Below are positions 32,616 to 55,609 of a stretch of DNA of 64,000 bases, one piece after another; position 1 is the stretch's first letter; each line of letters begins with the position of its first letter. The stretch comes from the human T2T-CHM13v2.0 reference genome, Homo sapiens. Where the stretch lies: assembly GCF_009914755.1 (NCBI RefSeq), contig NC_060934.1. One strand, given 5' to 3'. Made by a program: the position numbers and the translations under genes. A model generated the notes under the pieces. That model saw only the letters and a program-made list of their open reading frames with translations. It had not been told where the DNA came from and ran no database searches.

Positions 32616-33300
32616 AATAGGTAAGAGTTAGACAAGCACTGATAGCTTTCTAGGTGGGAAAGAAATGTGGAGAAAAGCTCAAAAGTGAAACTCTACCAGG
32701 AATTTCTGGAGACTGTGAATATGTCAGTTTGTGACTGCTCTAATAATGATAATGGTTTCTTTTACTGAAGGTCTCCTAGGTGCTTTACAAATTCCCTTAC
32801 ATCAGCTCTGTGACGGTGCTATTATCCCACTTGCCGGAGTTATATCTCCATCAAGTTGTGAAGCTGGGGTTCTGGCTTGAGCTCTGGATGGCTCTGAATT
32901 TATGCTGTTTGCACTGTTTAACCTGCCTGTCTGTGGGTCTAAGGTGGGGAAGCTGAAGGCAGTAAGGTTGGTCTGGACCCAGATTGTGGAGGGCATTGGT
33001 GTTAACACATGCTAACAGGCACCAAGAAAGATTTTAGAGGGAGCCAGTGAATGTGGAAATCAGGGGGACGGAAATGGGTATGATTATGGATGTTGGGGAG
33101 CACATGGGCTGGATGTGCAATGTGATATTCTTTTTGGGAGGTTAATATGGCCAGTCAGGCATTAAAGATGATTACATGATCAAGCCTCTGAGTCTTCCTG
33201 CCAATCTGTAGGAAATATATAGTTCAGAAGAACAAGTTAAACTACACATAAATATACAATCAGCAAAGTGGGGACAGGGTGAGGATTTAACAAAATCATA

Positions 33301-34469
<1,169 letters not shown>

Positions 34470-35249
34470 TGGAAGATGTCTTATACAAAGCGTGAGGGAA
34501 CTGGATAATTTGGTCTTACCTATCAAAATATAAAATGCATATACTTTTGCGTTTTTCTCTTTCCTGGTAGGCATTTGCGCTAGATAAATACACAGATGCA
34601 CAGCACAGGGGTAAGTACAATTCATGCAGAATTGTTTTTTAATAGTGAAAACCAGGACCCAACCCAAGTCCATGAGTAGGAAATTGGTTCTGTAAATAGT
34701 TTTATTTCATGCAATGGAATATCATGCAGTCATTAAGAAGAATGAGGTAGACCTCTACCAGCAGTGAAAGATAAGGGCATTTTAATCAAGGGCAATCATA
34801 CCTAGTTCCAGGAAAATGTTTATTAATCTCATTTAGTTAGAAAATATATATGTAGAAGTGAATCTATAGACAAGTCTAGAAGGCTACACACCCAGCTGTT
34901 AAACAGAATGTCTTTGAGGAGGGCAGGGGGCGGAGTCTGCGTTTACGTGAATGGGACGCTGCTGTTTCTCAGTGCACCTCTGCTGTTTGAATCTTTTACT
35001 AAAAACCTTCCCATGCATTGCTGGGAGGGAATGGAAGGAGTATTTTGAGGGTTTCGTGTGAAGGGAAAAGTTGAGGAGGGGACGTGGGAGACCCCTTGGT
35101 CTCATCAAACTCTAGCGCCGCTTGAGGTGAGGAGACCCCGCCCCGCTGAGGTGATTCTGCAGAGGGGCGGAGCCCCCCAGATCCGAGGCGGGAGGCGGCC
35201 CGGGGGCGGGGCCAGCCGGCTCCAGCGGCCCGCTCCGCTCCCACCATGC

Positions 35250-35259
35250 CCTTATAAGG
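35250..35259. promoter_or_regulatory. CArG box / serum response element (CCTTATAAGG)
   Basis: Perfect palindromic CC(A/T)6GG about 340 bp upstream of the ATG. VCL is an established SRF/MRTF target. Confidence 0.9.
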
Positions 35260-35506
35260 AGCGCCCGGCGTTAGGGCTCGGGAATCCGGTAGCAATCCCG
35301 GCGGCTCAGCCCCAATCCCAGGCCCCTCCCTTAGGAATGGGGGAGGGGCGGGGTTTGGCGGCGCGGTGGCTGGGGCGGAGCATCTCGAAAAGGGACCAGT
35401 AGGAGTGGCGGCCCAGGTCTGAGCTGCGCTGCCATTGGGCGCGGCGACGAGAGGGGGCGGGGAGCCCGTGAGGCTGGTTACGCCGAGGGAAGCCCCGACT
35501 CCGTAG

Positions 35507-36097
<591 letters not shown>

Positions 36098-37549
36098 GGG
36101 ATGTCCGAGGGTCCCTGCCCCGCGCAGGCTTCGCCCCCACGTTGACTTCCTCGCTCTCAGCGCCTTTTAGGCCTCCTCGATCTGGCTGTGCGGGGGAGGG
36201 AGAGCGGGCCTTCCCACGGATCCCTTGCCTTCTCTTCTAGGGATCCTTATTTGAGCCACGTTGTCCTCCTTTCTAATACTTCTGCCCCTCACCCTGAGAC
36301 CCGCCTCGCCCACCCCCGCTCCCCAGAGCTCCCTGTATTCCGCCCTTTTATTCACTTGCCTCACTCTCTGTCGCCTCCTCCTCCCTCCTGGGCATTTTAC
36401 TTATGCTCACTCCTCTGGCACTCTCACACCTTTATGCAGTCATTCGTGACCACAAGCCCGGTTTTTCCTTCCGCTCAGCCCTGCTGCCCTTCCTTTCATT
36501 CCCTCCTGTGGACATTTTCACCTGGCGTTACCTGCTGTCAAACGGCCTCCTCCCACTGGGGCCTTTCTAGACTCGGGGGCCCTCCTTGGCCCCTCCTCCT
36601 GGCAGGAAGCAAGATGGAGCTGTTGGGAGAGGCCTGTGGAATCTGGGATCTGCCGCCCCTGCCGGAGAGAAGGCTGGGGCATCCGCTCCCCATCCACAAC
36701 TTTCCTGGTGGCTCTGCAGACCCCTGTAACCCACAGCTGTGACTCATAACCGAGGTGATTCCTGGAGGAGGTGGAGCCCACGTCTGAAATGGGAAAAAAG
36801 AGGTGCTGAGACCAGTCTCCCAAGACTCCCCTGGCTAATGTCACACTTTTCTTTCCCACCCTGGGTGGGTGACTCAGACTGGTCCTGCTTGTGAGGAACA
36901 ATTTTGGAAAAAGTTCATACTGCTCCCCCACTGAGCTGTGTAAATAGTGTGTGTCAGGGCAGTTGGGCGGCAACTGTGGGTCTGTCTGGGTGGGGCTTGG
37001 GTTACTTTTCTGATTTGAGCACTTTAGTGCACTTAGAGGCTCTTTAGCAGCTGAAAGTCTTCCTCAGTCTTCAGGGGTCCCTGGACTGTCTCAAGCAATT
37101 TAGGAGACTGGTAGCTAGGAAGACAGGGTGACACCACCGACCAAATTCCTGATCTTTCTTCTCTATAGCTTTAGTAAGAATCTATTCATTCAGTAAGAAT
37201 GCTGTATTCATTCACAATGTCTACTTGTACATTGTTCTTCTTTTTATAACTAATTTGAACAGAACACTCCAGAGTACATTCTTATGTAGTGTTGTCTAAC
37301 ATGGCTGCATTCCAGGCCTCCATTTTTCAACAAATAGGAAACAATGTAAAGAGACAAGGTAATAGTGTCTCTCCATGTAGTACTTCAGGAAATGAAATCT
37401 TAAAACCACATGTTGCACTTGGAACAGAGCTAGTGTAGTCTAGGGGTTGATATCTGGTTAGGCTATTTAGAGAAAAGTTATTTATGGGCTTCCATGCCAT
37501 GAATTAATAAGCATTGAATGTCTGCTATATGGAAAACACTGCAATAAAT

Positions 37550-38169
<620 letters not shown>

Positions 38170-39534
38170 TAATACACACTGTGAGACAAATACAAAAGAA
38201 ATAAGGTTATAAGATGAAAACAATGATATGTAGTTAAGTTATATACTTTCCAACACATACAAAAGAGGGGACTTGAGATTGGTGGTAGCTATGGGTTAGC
38301 AGAGACAAAGTAGGGAGGATTGTGCTGATAAATGGTTAATCATGAACAAAGGTACTTGTGAGTAAGTCACTTCCAGGTTACAGCAAGTAGATTATCTTGA
38401 TTGCAGCTCAGGAGACAAGTTGGAGAGAAATTGGAGATGAAGTTAGTGCGTGACATATGGGCAGTGTAACATAGGCCTTATCCAAAAGGATGAACAAAGA
38501 GAGCAGGAGGGGAAGGAGGATGAGAATAGTGTGTGAGAAAGACTGCGTGAGAATGGCGTGTGAGAATAGTATAGTGTGTTTTGGGGAGGCCAGAGGACCT
38601 ACCCATTGCTTCACATTCTTGGTGCCAACTGTGACCGTTAAATATGTGGATTCTGTACATGCTTCAAGATTGTTCCTGGAGGTCAAGCCTTGTCTGATAT
38701 TCCTCTCTTTTTAAAAAATTTTATTTTGGTTTTAAATAGAGACAGGGTCTTGTTATGTTGCCCAGGCTGGTCTCGAATCCCTGGGCTCAAGCAATCCTCC
38801 CGCCTTGGCCTCTCAAAGTGCTGGATTACAGTTGTGAGCTACTGTGCCTGGTCTGATATTTCTTTATATGGTCCTCAGTTCCTGCCCTCAAAATTGGCAC
38901 ATAGGATCACTCAATAAATATTGTTGAAGGAACTATGGGAAGGGAGACAAATTGGGAAGCTTTTAAAATTGGTTGGTTATGAAGAAAATGAAGGCCTGGA
39001 CTTGCGAGTGGCAGGGAAAATGGAGAAGGAATTAATCAGAAATATATTAGAAGAAGAAATAATAGAACTGGATAATTGAACTCTGAATTTGCTAGAAAAG
39101 AAACATAGTATTACGGTAAAATAATGAAACTGATTTTAGAACAAATCTTCTGGAATTTATGTAATCTGGGTGAGTATTTCTTGGGAGTTACTTTGGGAGG
39201 TTATATCCTTATTCTAGTGCTTTTCTTTGGGAATTTCTTTCAGATTATTTACATACGTATGCCAAATTAGTCTTATTTTGGTCAAGAAAGTGTACATTTT
39301 GACTGAAGTAGGCATTCTTGAGCTCAACTACTTCATTTACTGTTCTTGAGCCTAAATGACTTTTGGATATTTCCATAATTAAAATTTACTAGATGAAGAT
39401 GAAATTTTCAATTGTTGTAATAGTCATTCACTTATCAAGCAGGTGTTTATTGAGACCCCTTCCAATGTCAAAGCAATAAGTGTGATGCCTGTCACAATCA
39501 GTATGATACTGAATTGGAAGTCTTTTTTTTCTGA

Positions 39535-39693
<159 letters not shown>

Positions 39694-39749
39694 TAGTAGA
39701 GACGGGGTTTCTCCATGTTGGTTAGGCTGGTCTTGAACTCCTGACCTCA

Positions 39750-39878
<129 letters not shown>

Positions 39879-40010
39879 TTACTTTTGATTGGAGAATCAG
39901 GGAAGGCTTCACAGAGGATATAACATTGAGTTGGGTCTTAAAGACAGATAGGATTTGAATATTTAGAGATGTGGTAAGAAAGGTATTACTTGGCCAAGTA
40001 TGGTGGCTCA

Positions 40011-40351
<341 letters not shown>

Positions 40352-40502
40352 CTAAGCAAAGTAGTCTGGTCACTGATATATATATATAAATATATATATA
40401 AAATTTGCAACTGGGTCATCACTTTTACTCCACAATTAGGGAGGGGGTAGGGTGGGAGTATTTATTTATTTATTTATCTTGAGATAGAGTCTCACTGTGT
40501 AG

Positions 40503-40640
<138 letters not shown>

Positions 40641-41062
40641 TAAACACAGAGAGTGAGTCCAATTCAATAATGAAACAAGGAAGAGGAGGTAGTCAAGGGA
40701 AGGGTGGGAAAGGAAAAATAGGAGAAGGGCACAAGAAATTCTAAGAAGGCTTGGATTCAGCAGGCAGTGTGAAAAAGTCACAAGTCTTAGACTGAGTACT
40801 TTGTAGCATGGTATATAAATTTTTCTTTTTTTCATTAAAATGGCCCATAGAAATGTGTCAGTCTGTGATGTGACATTATAGTCATGCCAGTTTTGTTAAT
40901 GGGGCTTCAGATACTTTGCTTTCTCCAGTGCATCTGAGAGCATGTGTTGTAAGTACTCCTTGGGCTCATGAAATATTTATTTTGGGAGTTTTTTGTGGCC
41001 TTGACTTTTATGGGCCTCACTTGTATATCATATGTTCTTGGGACCAGCTCTGGGACAAATAG

Positions 41063-41292
<230 letters not shown>

Positions 41293-42052
41293 TAGAGATA
41301 GGGTTTCACTATATTTCCAAGGCTGGTCTTGAACTCCTGGCCTCAAACAATACTGCTGCCTCAGCCTCCCAAAGTGCTGGGATTATAGGCATGATCCACT
41401 GTGTCCAGCCTACTCTGATCTTAAAAGGAGATCAGCAGTTAATTTTGTCATTTGTAATTATCAGTATTAACATCTGAAAATATTTTTGCTTTAAAATTTG
41501 GTTGATATTAGACTTTATTTCAGTTAAGTAAATAACAGTGTTTGGGTGGGTGATTTTTTTCTTCTTAATATATTTCTGTATTTTCCAATTTTTGAAAATT
41601 AATATATAATTCCTATGCTAAGGAAAAAATAGAGTAAATAAAAAGAATATTTATGTGATCATTTATAGCTCATAAAATACTTTTATATTTATAATCTCAT
41701 AGCAGTCTATGGGTAGGTATAGTGGTGGTCTCCGTTTTACAGATGAGGGAGGATACTGTAGTTCAGATAAATTAAGTAACCTGCCCACAGTGGCACAGCT
41801 GGTTAACCTGGACTTGAACTGTGGTCTGTTGTTCCAGATCCTCTGCTTTTTTTCACACCACCATTCCACATCTACTTAGAGCAAAGTTGTTAAATATCAG
41901 TGGAGGTTTCCCACCTAGAATCAGAAGCAACAGGAATGCTGTTAGTCATAGAGGTTCCATTTGTCCTGGGTCTGGCAACAGTATCTGTTTAGAGCCTGGC
42001 TTTAGCATAGCCTGCATGAATGGCCTATATGAGAAGAATGATGTGAAGGTAA

Positions 42053-42389
<337 letters not shown>

Positions 42390-42573
42390 TGATCCACAGC
42401 ATTTCTTTTTTGAGAAATTAGAGTAGATACAGATCAGCACAAAAGTATGCCTGCAAAACAGATGAAGAGTTTTTGTGGTATATGTGCCTGCTTAGCTTGA
42501 AGCCTGTTAGAATGAAATCGTATGTAAAATAACTTTGTAGATTACTTGGGGAATCATGAAGTTTCATTTGTAA

Positions 42574-42997
<424 letters not shown>

Positions 42998-43026
42998 TGA
43001 GAGAACAGAAGATTTTTGGAGATGGG

Positions 43027-43656
<630 letters not shown>

Positions 43657-43949
43657 AGCTATGTTTAAATTTTAATGGAACCACAACTTAAATGTTTGTT
43701 TACATCCACACAGTGGAAAATTGGGCTTTTCTAAAGCTGTTTTATAAATAGAGCTGGTATAACTCTAAATGGACAAAGTAAGAGGGCAAAAGTCCTCTGG
43801 TATCAGCAACAGTAGCTTAGATTGGGTCCTCCTGTTACAGTCCTGGAGTAAGGACAACAGTAGGACAAACTACTTTTATAGGACTCATTTGAATTTTACT
43901 ATTTCTTAGATATTTGTTTAAAAACAAACTAGCCTGGTTATTTCATACA

Positions 43950-44285
43950 CAGGTTGAGTATCTCTAATCTGAAAATCTGAAATCTGAAATGCTCCAAAAT
44001 CTGACTTTTTGAGTATTGACGTGATGCCACTTGTGGAAAATTCCACATCTGACCTCATGATAGGTAGAAGTCAAAACTTTGTTTCATGCACAAATTATTA
44101 CAACTATTATGTAAAATTACCTTCATGCTATGTGTATATGAAACATAAATGAATTTTGTGTTTAACCTTTGGTCCTATCTCCAATATAGCTCATGATATA
44201 TATGCAAAAATTCCCAAATCCAAAAAAATCTGAAATATGAGATACTTCTGATCTGAAGCATTTCAGATAAGGGATATTTAACCTG
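43950..44285. mobile_element. Tigger4/MER46-like DNA transposon
   Basis: TIRs CAGGTTGAGTATCTCTAATCTGAAA ... TTTCAGATAAGGGATATTTAACCTG|TA. Confidence 0.8.
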
Positions 44286-45211
44286 TACTTATTTAATTAC
44301 TCATCATTTATATAGTTATGAAGTGTTTATGTTTTATATATAGTCATTTTATTTTTATTTATTTATTTATTTTGAGACAGGATCTTGCTCTGCTGCTCAG
44401 GCTGGAGTGCAGTGGCACAATCTGGGCTCACTGTAGCGTCGACCTACTGGGCATTGATCCTCCCACCGCAGCCTCCCGAGTAGTTGGGACTACAGGCTTA
44501 CACCATCATGCCCAACTATTTTTGTATTTTTAGTAGTATTTAAACAAATATCCAAATGGGGTTTTGCCATGTTGCCCAGGCTGTTCTTGAACTCCTGGGC
44601 TCAAGTGATCCACCTGCCTTGGCCTCCCAAAGTGCTGTGATTACAGATGTGAGCCAGTGTGCCTGGCCAGGATTGTAACTTTAAGAGCCTTCTGACAACT
44701 TCCCAGTCTTTCACTGCACCCTTTGAAATGGGTAGGATAGGAATATCCTCATTATCCACAGCCTGTAGTTCAGCATAGCATGGAGATGCTCTGTTATTAC
44801 ACTCATACTTGTTCAGTGTTTGTCATCTCACTAAGTTGTAGGTTCCTCAGTGGCAGGGACAATATGCCTCTCCGGGTTATAGGTATGCAATATACTTTTT
44901 TTTGAGACGGAGTTTCGCTCTGTTGCTCAGGCTGCAGTGCAGTGGGACAATCTTGGCTTACTGCAACCTCTGCCTCCCGGGTTCAAGTGATTCTCCTGCC
45001 TCAGCCTCCTGAGTACCTGGGATTACAGGCACGTGCCACCACACCCAGCTAATTTTTGTATTTTTAGTAGAGACAGGGTTTTACCATGTTGGTCAGGTTG
45101 GTCTCGAACTCCTGACCTCAAGTGATCCACCTGCCTTGGCCTCCCGAAGTACTGGGATTACAGGCATGAGCCGCTGCGCTCAGCCTAAATTTTTTTTTCC
45201 TTTTTTTTTGA

Positions 45212-45430
<219 letters not shown>

Positions 45431-46592
45431 TGATCTACCCACCTTAGCTTCCCAAAGTGCTGGGATTATAGGCATGAGCCACCGCGCCCGGCCTAAATTT
45501 TTAAATTAAGTGAACATATGCATAGCATTTATTTTTATTTATAACATATAATATTAGGAATTATCGTACAGTGAATATTTCCCATCCCCAGCTGTCAAAT
45601 ATCTGGTATAGTCAAATTTGAGCCATCTCATGGAATTTATAATGGGCTTTGACTGAAACAAGTGAAATATATACTAAGAGGAATGAATGGCTAACTGCCC
45701 ATTGTTTGAGATAACAAAAGTGTTCAGGCTATTTTGGGTTGTGGTTTTTCTGTTTCAGAGTCATTTCAGCTATGCAGATCACTTACTAAATTCATAATGT
45801 GAGAGTATGTTACCTTCTATCTGAAAGTGGCGTTGGGATTTTGCATTCTCTTCTTGGGAGTGCCTTTTTAAAATTTAATGATTTAGACCAGATGTTGATA
45901 TATTATTTGGAGCCCTGCTGGTTACAATGTAGTCTCATACTATGAGTCAGAATTCCTCATTAAAGGATCTTTATTTCCCTGAACCATATGGCAAGAGACA
46001 AAGATATCACAAAGTTGATCTGCTGCTTTTTTGCTTTCTGGCTGATTTGGGCCCAGCCTTTTCATTAAACCTTTAGGTCATGGTTCCGACAGCGGGGTGT
46101 ATTTTTACATAATAAACCAGCATTAGGGCAGTATCAAAAGAAGTAGCAGTCTTTAATGAGCAAATATCAGAGATTAGCTGCTTTCTTTGTAGATGTTTCT
46201 TTCTAGAATATGCTGTTTGGTCAGAATTCTTGATGAGGAAGGTCCATTCAGTCAGTTCTTGTTGCTCTCAGGCAGGTCAACCCTTAAACCTTTCCATACA
46301 GATAGGACTAGAATAAAAAACAAACTTCTGCCTTGGCATTTTTAAGCTTCAACAACTTTCAGTGCTATATAATGTAAATCCTTAAGAGTTAGCTTTTGGG
46401 GGGGAAAATTCAAGTCTGTAATAAGACTGAAAGATAGAGAAGAAATTTGATATATTGGAGGAAGGACGTCCCATTGAAAGCTTTCATGTGTCTTTCTTTT
46501 CCCTGTACCTTGGATCTGTAGAAGTCTTGCAGTATATGTTTGAATATAGTGGGCCACATAAGTTCAGGTGAAATAATTTTCAAATTGTCTAG

Positions 46593-46829
<237 letters not shown>

Positions 46830-47228
46830 TAGTAGAGATGGAGTTTCACCATGTTAGCCAGGATGGTCTCGATCTGCTGACCTCGTGATCTGCCTGCCTC
46901 AGCCTCCCAAAGTGCTGGGATTACAGGCATGAGCCACCGCGCCCGGCTTTAATTCTGTTTCTATTGGGAATTGTTATGGAAAGGAAAGCTGTCTTACCTT
47001 ATTTATTAATTATTATTATTATTTTGAGACAGAGTCTCACTCTGTTGCCCAGGCTATGGCATGATCTTGACTCACTGCAACCTCCACCTCACGGGTTCAA
47101 GCAGTTCTCCTGTTTCAGCCTCCCAAGTAGCTGGGACTACAGGCATGCGTCACCACACCTGGCTAATTTTTGTATTTTTAGTAGAGACGGGGTTTCACCT
47201 ATTGGCCAGGCTGGTCTTGAACTCCTGA

Positions 47229-47477
<249 letters not shown>

Positions 47478-48406
47478 TAATTTTTTGTATTTTTAGTAGA
47501 GACAGAGTTTTACCATGTTGGCCAAGCTGGTCTCAAACTCCTGACTTCAAGTGATCCATCCGCCTCGGATTCCCAAAGTGTTGGGATTACAGGCTGTGAG
47601 CCACTGCACCAGCCTACCTTTTTCTTCTTAACAAGTTACAAAAAGATTTATTAGGGAAGGAAGTTGAGAATATGTAAGTAGGGAATTTTGTTCTTTTGTA
47701 TTTTTATCAAAGTATTTTAGTTTTCATATTGCATTAAAAAATAATACTATTGAACAGTATACTATTAGTAATCACTTTTTATCATGCTGTGTCTTCATAT
47801 AGTCTGAAAGAATAATTTTTCTTGTTACAAAATAATGCATTTTTATTGTTGAAAATTTAGAAAATCTATCTTTATTTGCAATCTTCTGTCAGTATTTCTC
47901 AGCCTTTTTCATTTCTGTCTACTTGAACTTGATTTGCATCATTTTTTCTTGTTACTCCAAACCAATTTATGTTTCTCTGGGTATAAATACAAATTTAACT
48001 ATATATAGATGCACCAGCTCTTATCCTTTTCACCGTTTAAAAAAAAAAACAAACAAAAACAAAACCCATCTCTAGTTCACTTTCCTGCTTATGAATTTTC
48101 AAAGCAAGGTGAGGAAACCCACTGTCTTAAAATACCCCAAGACTTTCTCTGCCATCTGGGGAGCTGTGCTGTAGACAGGAAACTGCTGCTTCAGAAAATA
48201 TGAAATGAAATAACTTCAAGATAATGAGCCTCATCCTGAAAGAACTTCTGGTCCCAACATACTTATTAAGACATGGGGGCTGGGCATGGTGGCTCATGCC
48301 TGTAAGCCCAGCACTCTGGGGTGCTGAGGCAGGTGGATCACCTGAGGTCAGGAGTTCGAGACCAGCCTGGCCAACATGGCGAAACCCCATCTCTACTAAA
48401 AATTCA

Positions 48407-48553
<147 letters not shown>

Positions 48554-51500
48554 TCAAAAAAAAAAAAAAAAAAAAAAAAAGACACGGGATCAAATAACCA
48601 TTGATTAAATTAAGTATGTGCATTGCATGTATGCAAAGAGGTAGAGTGGGATAGAGTGTTAGGTAAAAAGGAACTTGTATAATTAGACGTAGGAAATGGG
48701 GAACTCACTGCCTTCTTTCAAGTCCCTTGGTAAATGTAGATTTTATGTCCTCATATACTGGATCATCAGTCCTTGGATGATGGATTTCATATCGAATTTT
48801 CTTCCCCCTCTCCTCCCTACTCTCCTAGGGTGTCTCCCTTTAGACTGTTGGTTTCTGAAGGGCAAGGAGTGGGTTTTATTCTTCATATTATTGGTTCTGT
48901 GTTTACCATAGTCCCCTGCTCATGGTAGTTCTTCAATTAAGTGTGTTATGTTCTGATATTTAATATACCAGCTAGTCATTTTAGGTTATTTTATGATAAT
49001 AAGGATAGCTGATTATCTCTTGCCTCCACTGGAAGGCATGATGTTTCTCTTTTCCTGCCCTCAAATGTTGCTATGTACCAAATATTTATACAGTCTCAAA
49101 GAGAAACAAAGATTCATAAACGATATTATATTGTGTTGGGTACATATTTTGAACTTTTAGATTCCAAAAAATTCCATGTCACTTCTATCAGAAGTTAGCA
49201 CACTGGATTGGCATAAGTGTGGGGTGTGTGTATAGAGGAGAGAGGTGGTGAATCTTAGAACTCGAAATGTTTTACAAATGTTGTTAAGCTGCAGAAAATA
49301 GAGTCTTTGGCCCTTAGAGAATTTCCCACTGATAAAATTTCCAGTTGAATGACTTTTAAGGGGAAAGTGGCTGAATTTCACTGCACTTCTTACCACAGCT
49401 GGCCACCATCCAAGTCAAAGTCATTCCTTCTTTTGAAATAAGCTTAAGTTATTCCCATGAGTAAGCTTTCTGTGAAGAAAGAAATGGCACAGTTGTTAGA
49501 GTTGAGAGTTGAGGGACCTTTGTTATATAGCTTTCTTGTGTTTCCAGCCTTCTCTTTGTCCTCTCTCCATCTCTGGAGAACTGGCTCATCTTTTATCTAC
49601 CAGGTGGATAACATGTTTTTATTCTTGCAATTAAAATAGATAAGGGTATATGAATAGGCTAGTAAATCTCATAAGAAAAAATGTAGATCAGCAACACTTA
49701 AATTTCTCATTCTACAATTCTCCCCAAATAGTAAAGTTACTTGTCAAACTCCAGCTATGCACATTGCTAGGTGTTGGGATATATAAGATATGGTCTCTGG
49801 CCTCAAGTTGCCTAAAACACAGATGAAATCAATAATCTTATAAAAAAGATTTATTCACATCCTCTCCACCAATATAATTGTTGCAGAATTTATATTATTC
49901 TTCTTAAAGAGTTGTGTGTTAACTACTACAAATACAGTGGTTTTTCTTCTTTGGAGTCATGGAGAAGATGTGAAGTGGTAGGGACGTGGGGGAAGAGTGA
50001 CACACACACAGTAGGCCAGCAGCAGATCGAGACTGGTATGGTATGAGAGGAGTGAGGAGATGGTGGGCCACCTAGTTAGGAAGAGACCTTTGAGCATTGG
50101 CCTCAGCTGCTTTCTGCTTGTGGCTGCCCAAACTCACTGGGTTTTTGTTTCCTCCAAAGTACAGTGCTTCCTGTTGGCCTTCCTTCTGCCTGATGTACTC
50201 TTCTGTAGTTCTTTACTTGGATAATTTCTACTAATTCTCAGTTTTCATAGTAAATGTCCATTTTTCAGGGACACTTTCCCTGACTACCTCTAAGCTAGGT
50301 TAGGCCCTTCTATCATGTACTTTCTATATTTTTTCCTTATTATGCTTATCACAATTGTAATTAATTATTTGTGTGATTATTCACTGTTTAACATATCTCC
50401 CCACCAGAGCCTCAGGGGCAAATATTGGCTCTGCTGTGTTTGTCTCTGAATTTTTAGTATCCATCATAGTGCTTGGCATATAGTAGGATCTTGCCTTGTG
50501 GAGTAAAGTATTTGTTCAATAAACAAATAGGAAGGCCATTTTCTGCTGCGATCAAAAACTGTTTTAAGCTTCTTTGGAGAAATATATATCAGGCTGTGGT
50601 TGAATCTTGGTGAAATTTAACTGCCAATTAGGAAAGTAGCTGTAAATAATTGCTTAACACAGGGCATTGCATGCAAAAGGACCATCTAATTTGTGTTCTC
50701 TGAGTGAAAAAAATTTAGGCACAGAGTCCTGGGGTGCAGATGGGGATAATCCTGCACAGCCCAGCACAGGATTATACAGAATATGTAAGTGTGAATAAAA
50801 AAATAAACATGGATGTAGAATTCTCTATTAGTTTTGATCTTTTGCAAATGAGCAGAATAGCCATCTTTGGCAAAATGTGGTAGTATGAGTTAGCAAATAC
50901 CAAAGTCACACTTTAGATATAGATACTAGATAAATCAGCATATGATAATCAGCACATGATAAAAATTTTGGGAAGCAGTACAGTAGTATAATGGTTAAGC
51001 ATTAAACTCCTTATTTTAAAATCCCATTGTTGACACCTTCGAGATAGGTAACATTGGGGAAGTTATTTAATCTCCATTTCTCTTGATCCTCCTATGTAAA
51101 ACAAAGGTAAAGATAGTACCTGGCTGATAATGTTGTTGTTGTGTGGGTTAAATTAGTTCATTAAAATGTTTATAACTATTCCTGACACAGAGCTAAGAGC
51201 TTTATGAGTGTTAGATTTTATCATTACTATATTTTCCCATGATTTTAAGTCATATTTTAAACGTTAGTCTAATGAAAAGGCAGTGTTGATTTAAAAAAAA
51301 ATGTCTAAGCATAGCTTCTAACTTTTATTCAACAAGGCAAAATGCCAATGAAAGCTTTCAGTAGAATTCCATATGTTGTGGAATATACAGTTTTACCAAC
51401 TGTGGGGAAAATATCACAGTTTTAGGTGCTTGAACCTTTGATTGCCAGTTTCCCATGATTAAAGATAGACATCTAAATTTTTAATTTATATTTATTTTGT

Positions 51501-51597
51501 TAGAAGCAATAGTGAGGGAAAAAGTATATATATATTTTCCAATTTGAAGCAAGAATTAGGGTTTAGGATTTAGGGTTTTAACTCAAGCATTAATTGT

Positions 51598-53522
<1,925 letters not shown>

Positions 53523-53598
53523 TGACAGTCTTTTTCCCTTCTATAATTCCCTTTGGATCTTTTTCAAAATCTGCTTCAGTTTTGATAGTCTCTTGTTC

Positions 53599-55540
<1,942 letters not shown>

Positions 55541-55542
<2 letters not shown>

Positions 55543-55548
55543 TATATA

Positions 55549-55598
<50 letters not shown>

Positions 55599-55609
55599 CA
55601 TATATATAT
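55541..55609. repeat. (TA)n microsatellite
   Basis: About 21 uninterrupted AT units at 55551-55593 with shorter flanking runs. Confidence 0.95.

Noticed and set aside
50746-50775. 9-bp inverted repeat ATAATCCTG-N12-CAGGATTAT
   Set aside because: Too short to be distinguished from chance; no ncRNA features.
51556-51575. TTAGGG-TTTAGGA-TTTAGGG telomere-like run
   Set aside because: Only three imperfect units; compatible with chance or slippage.
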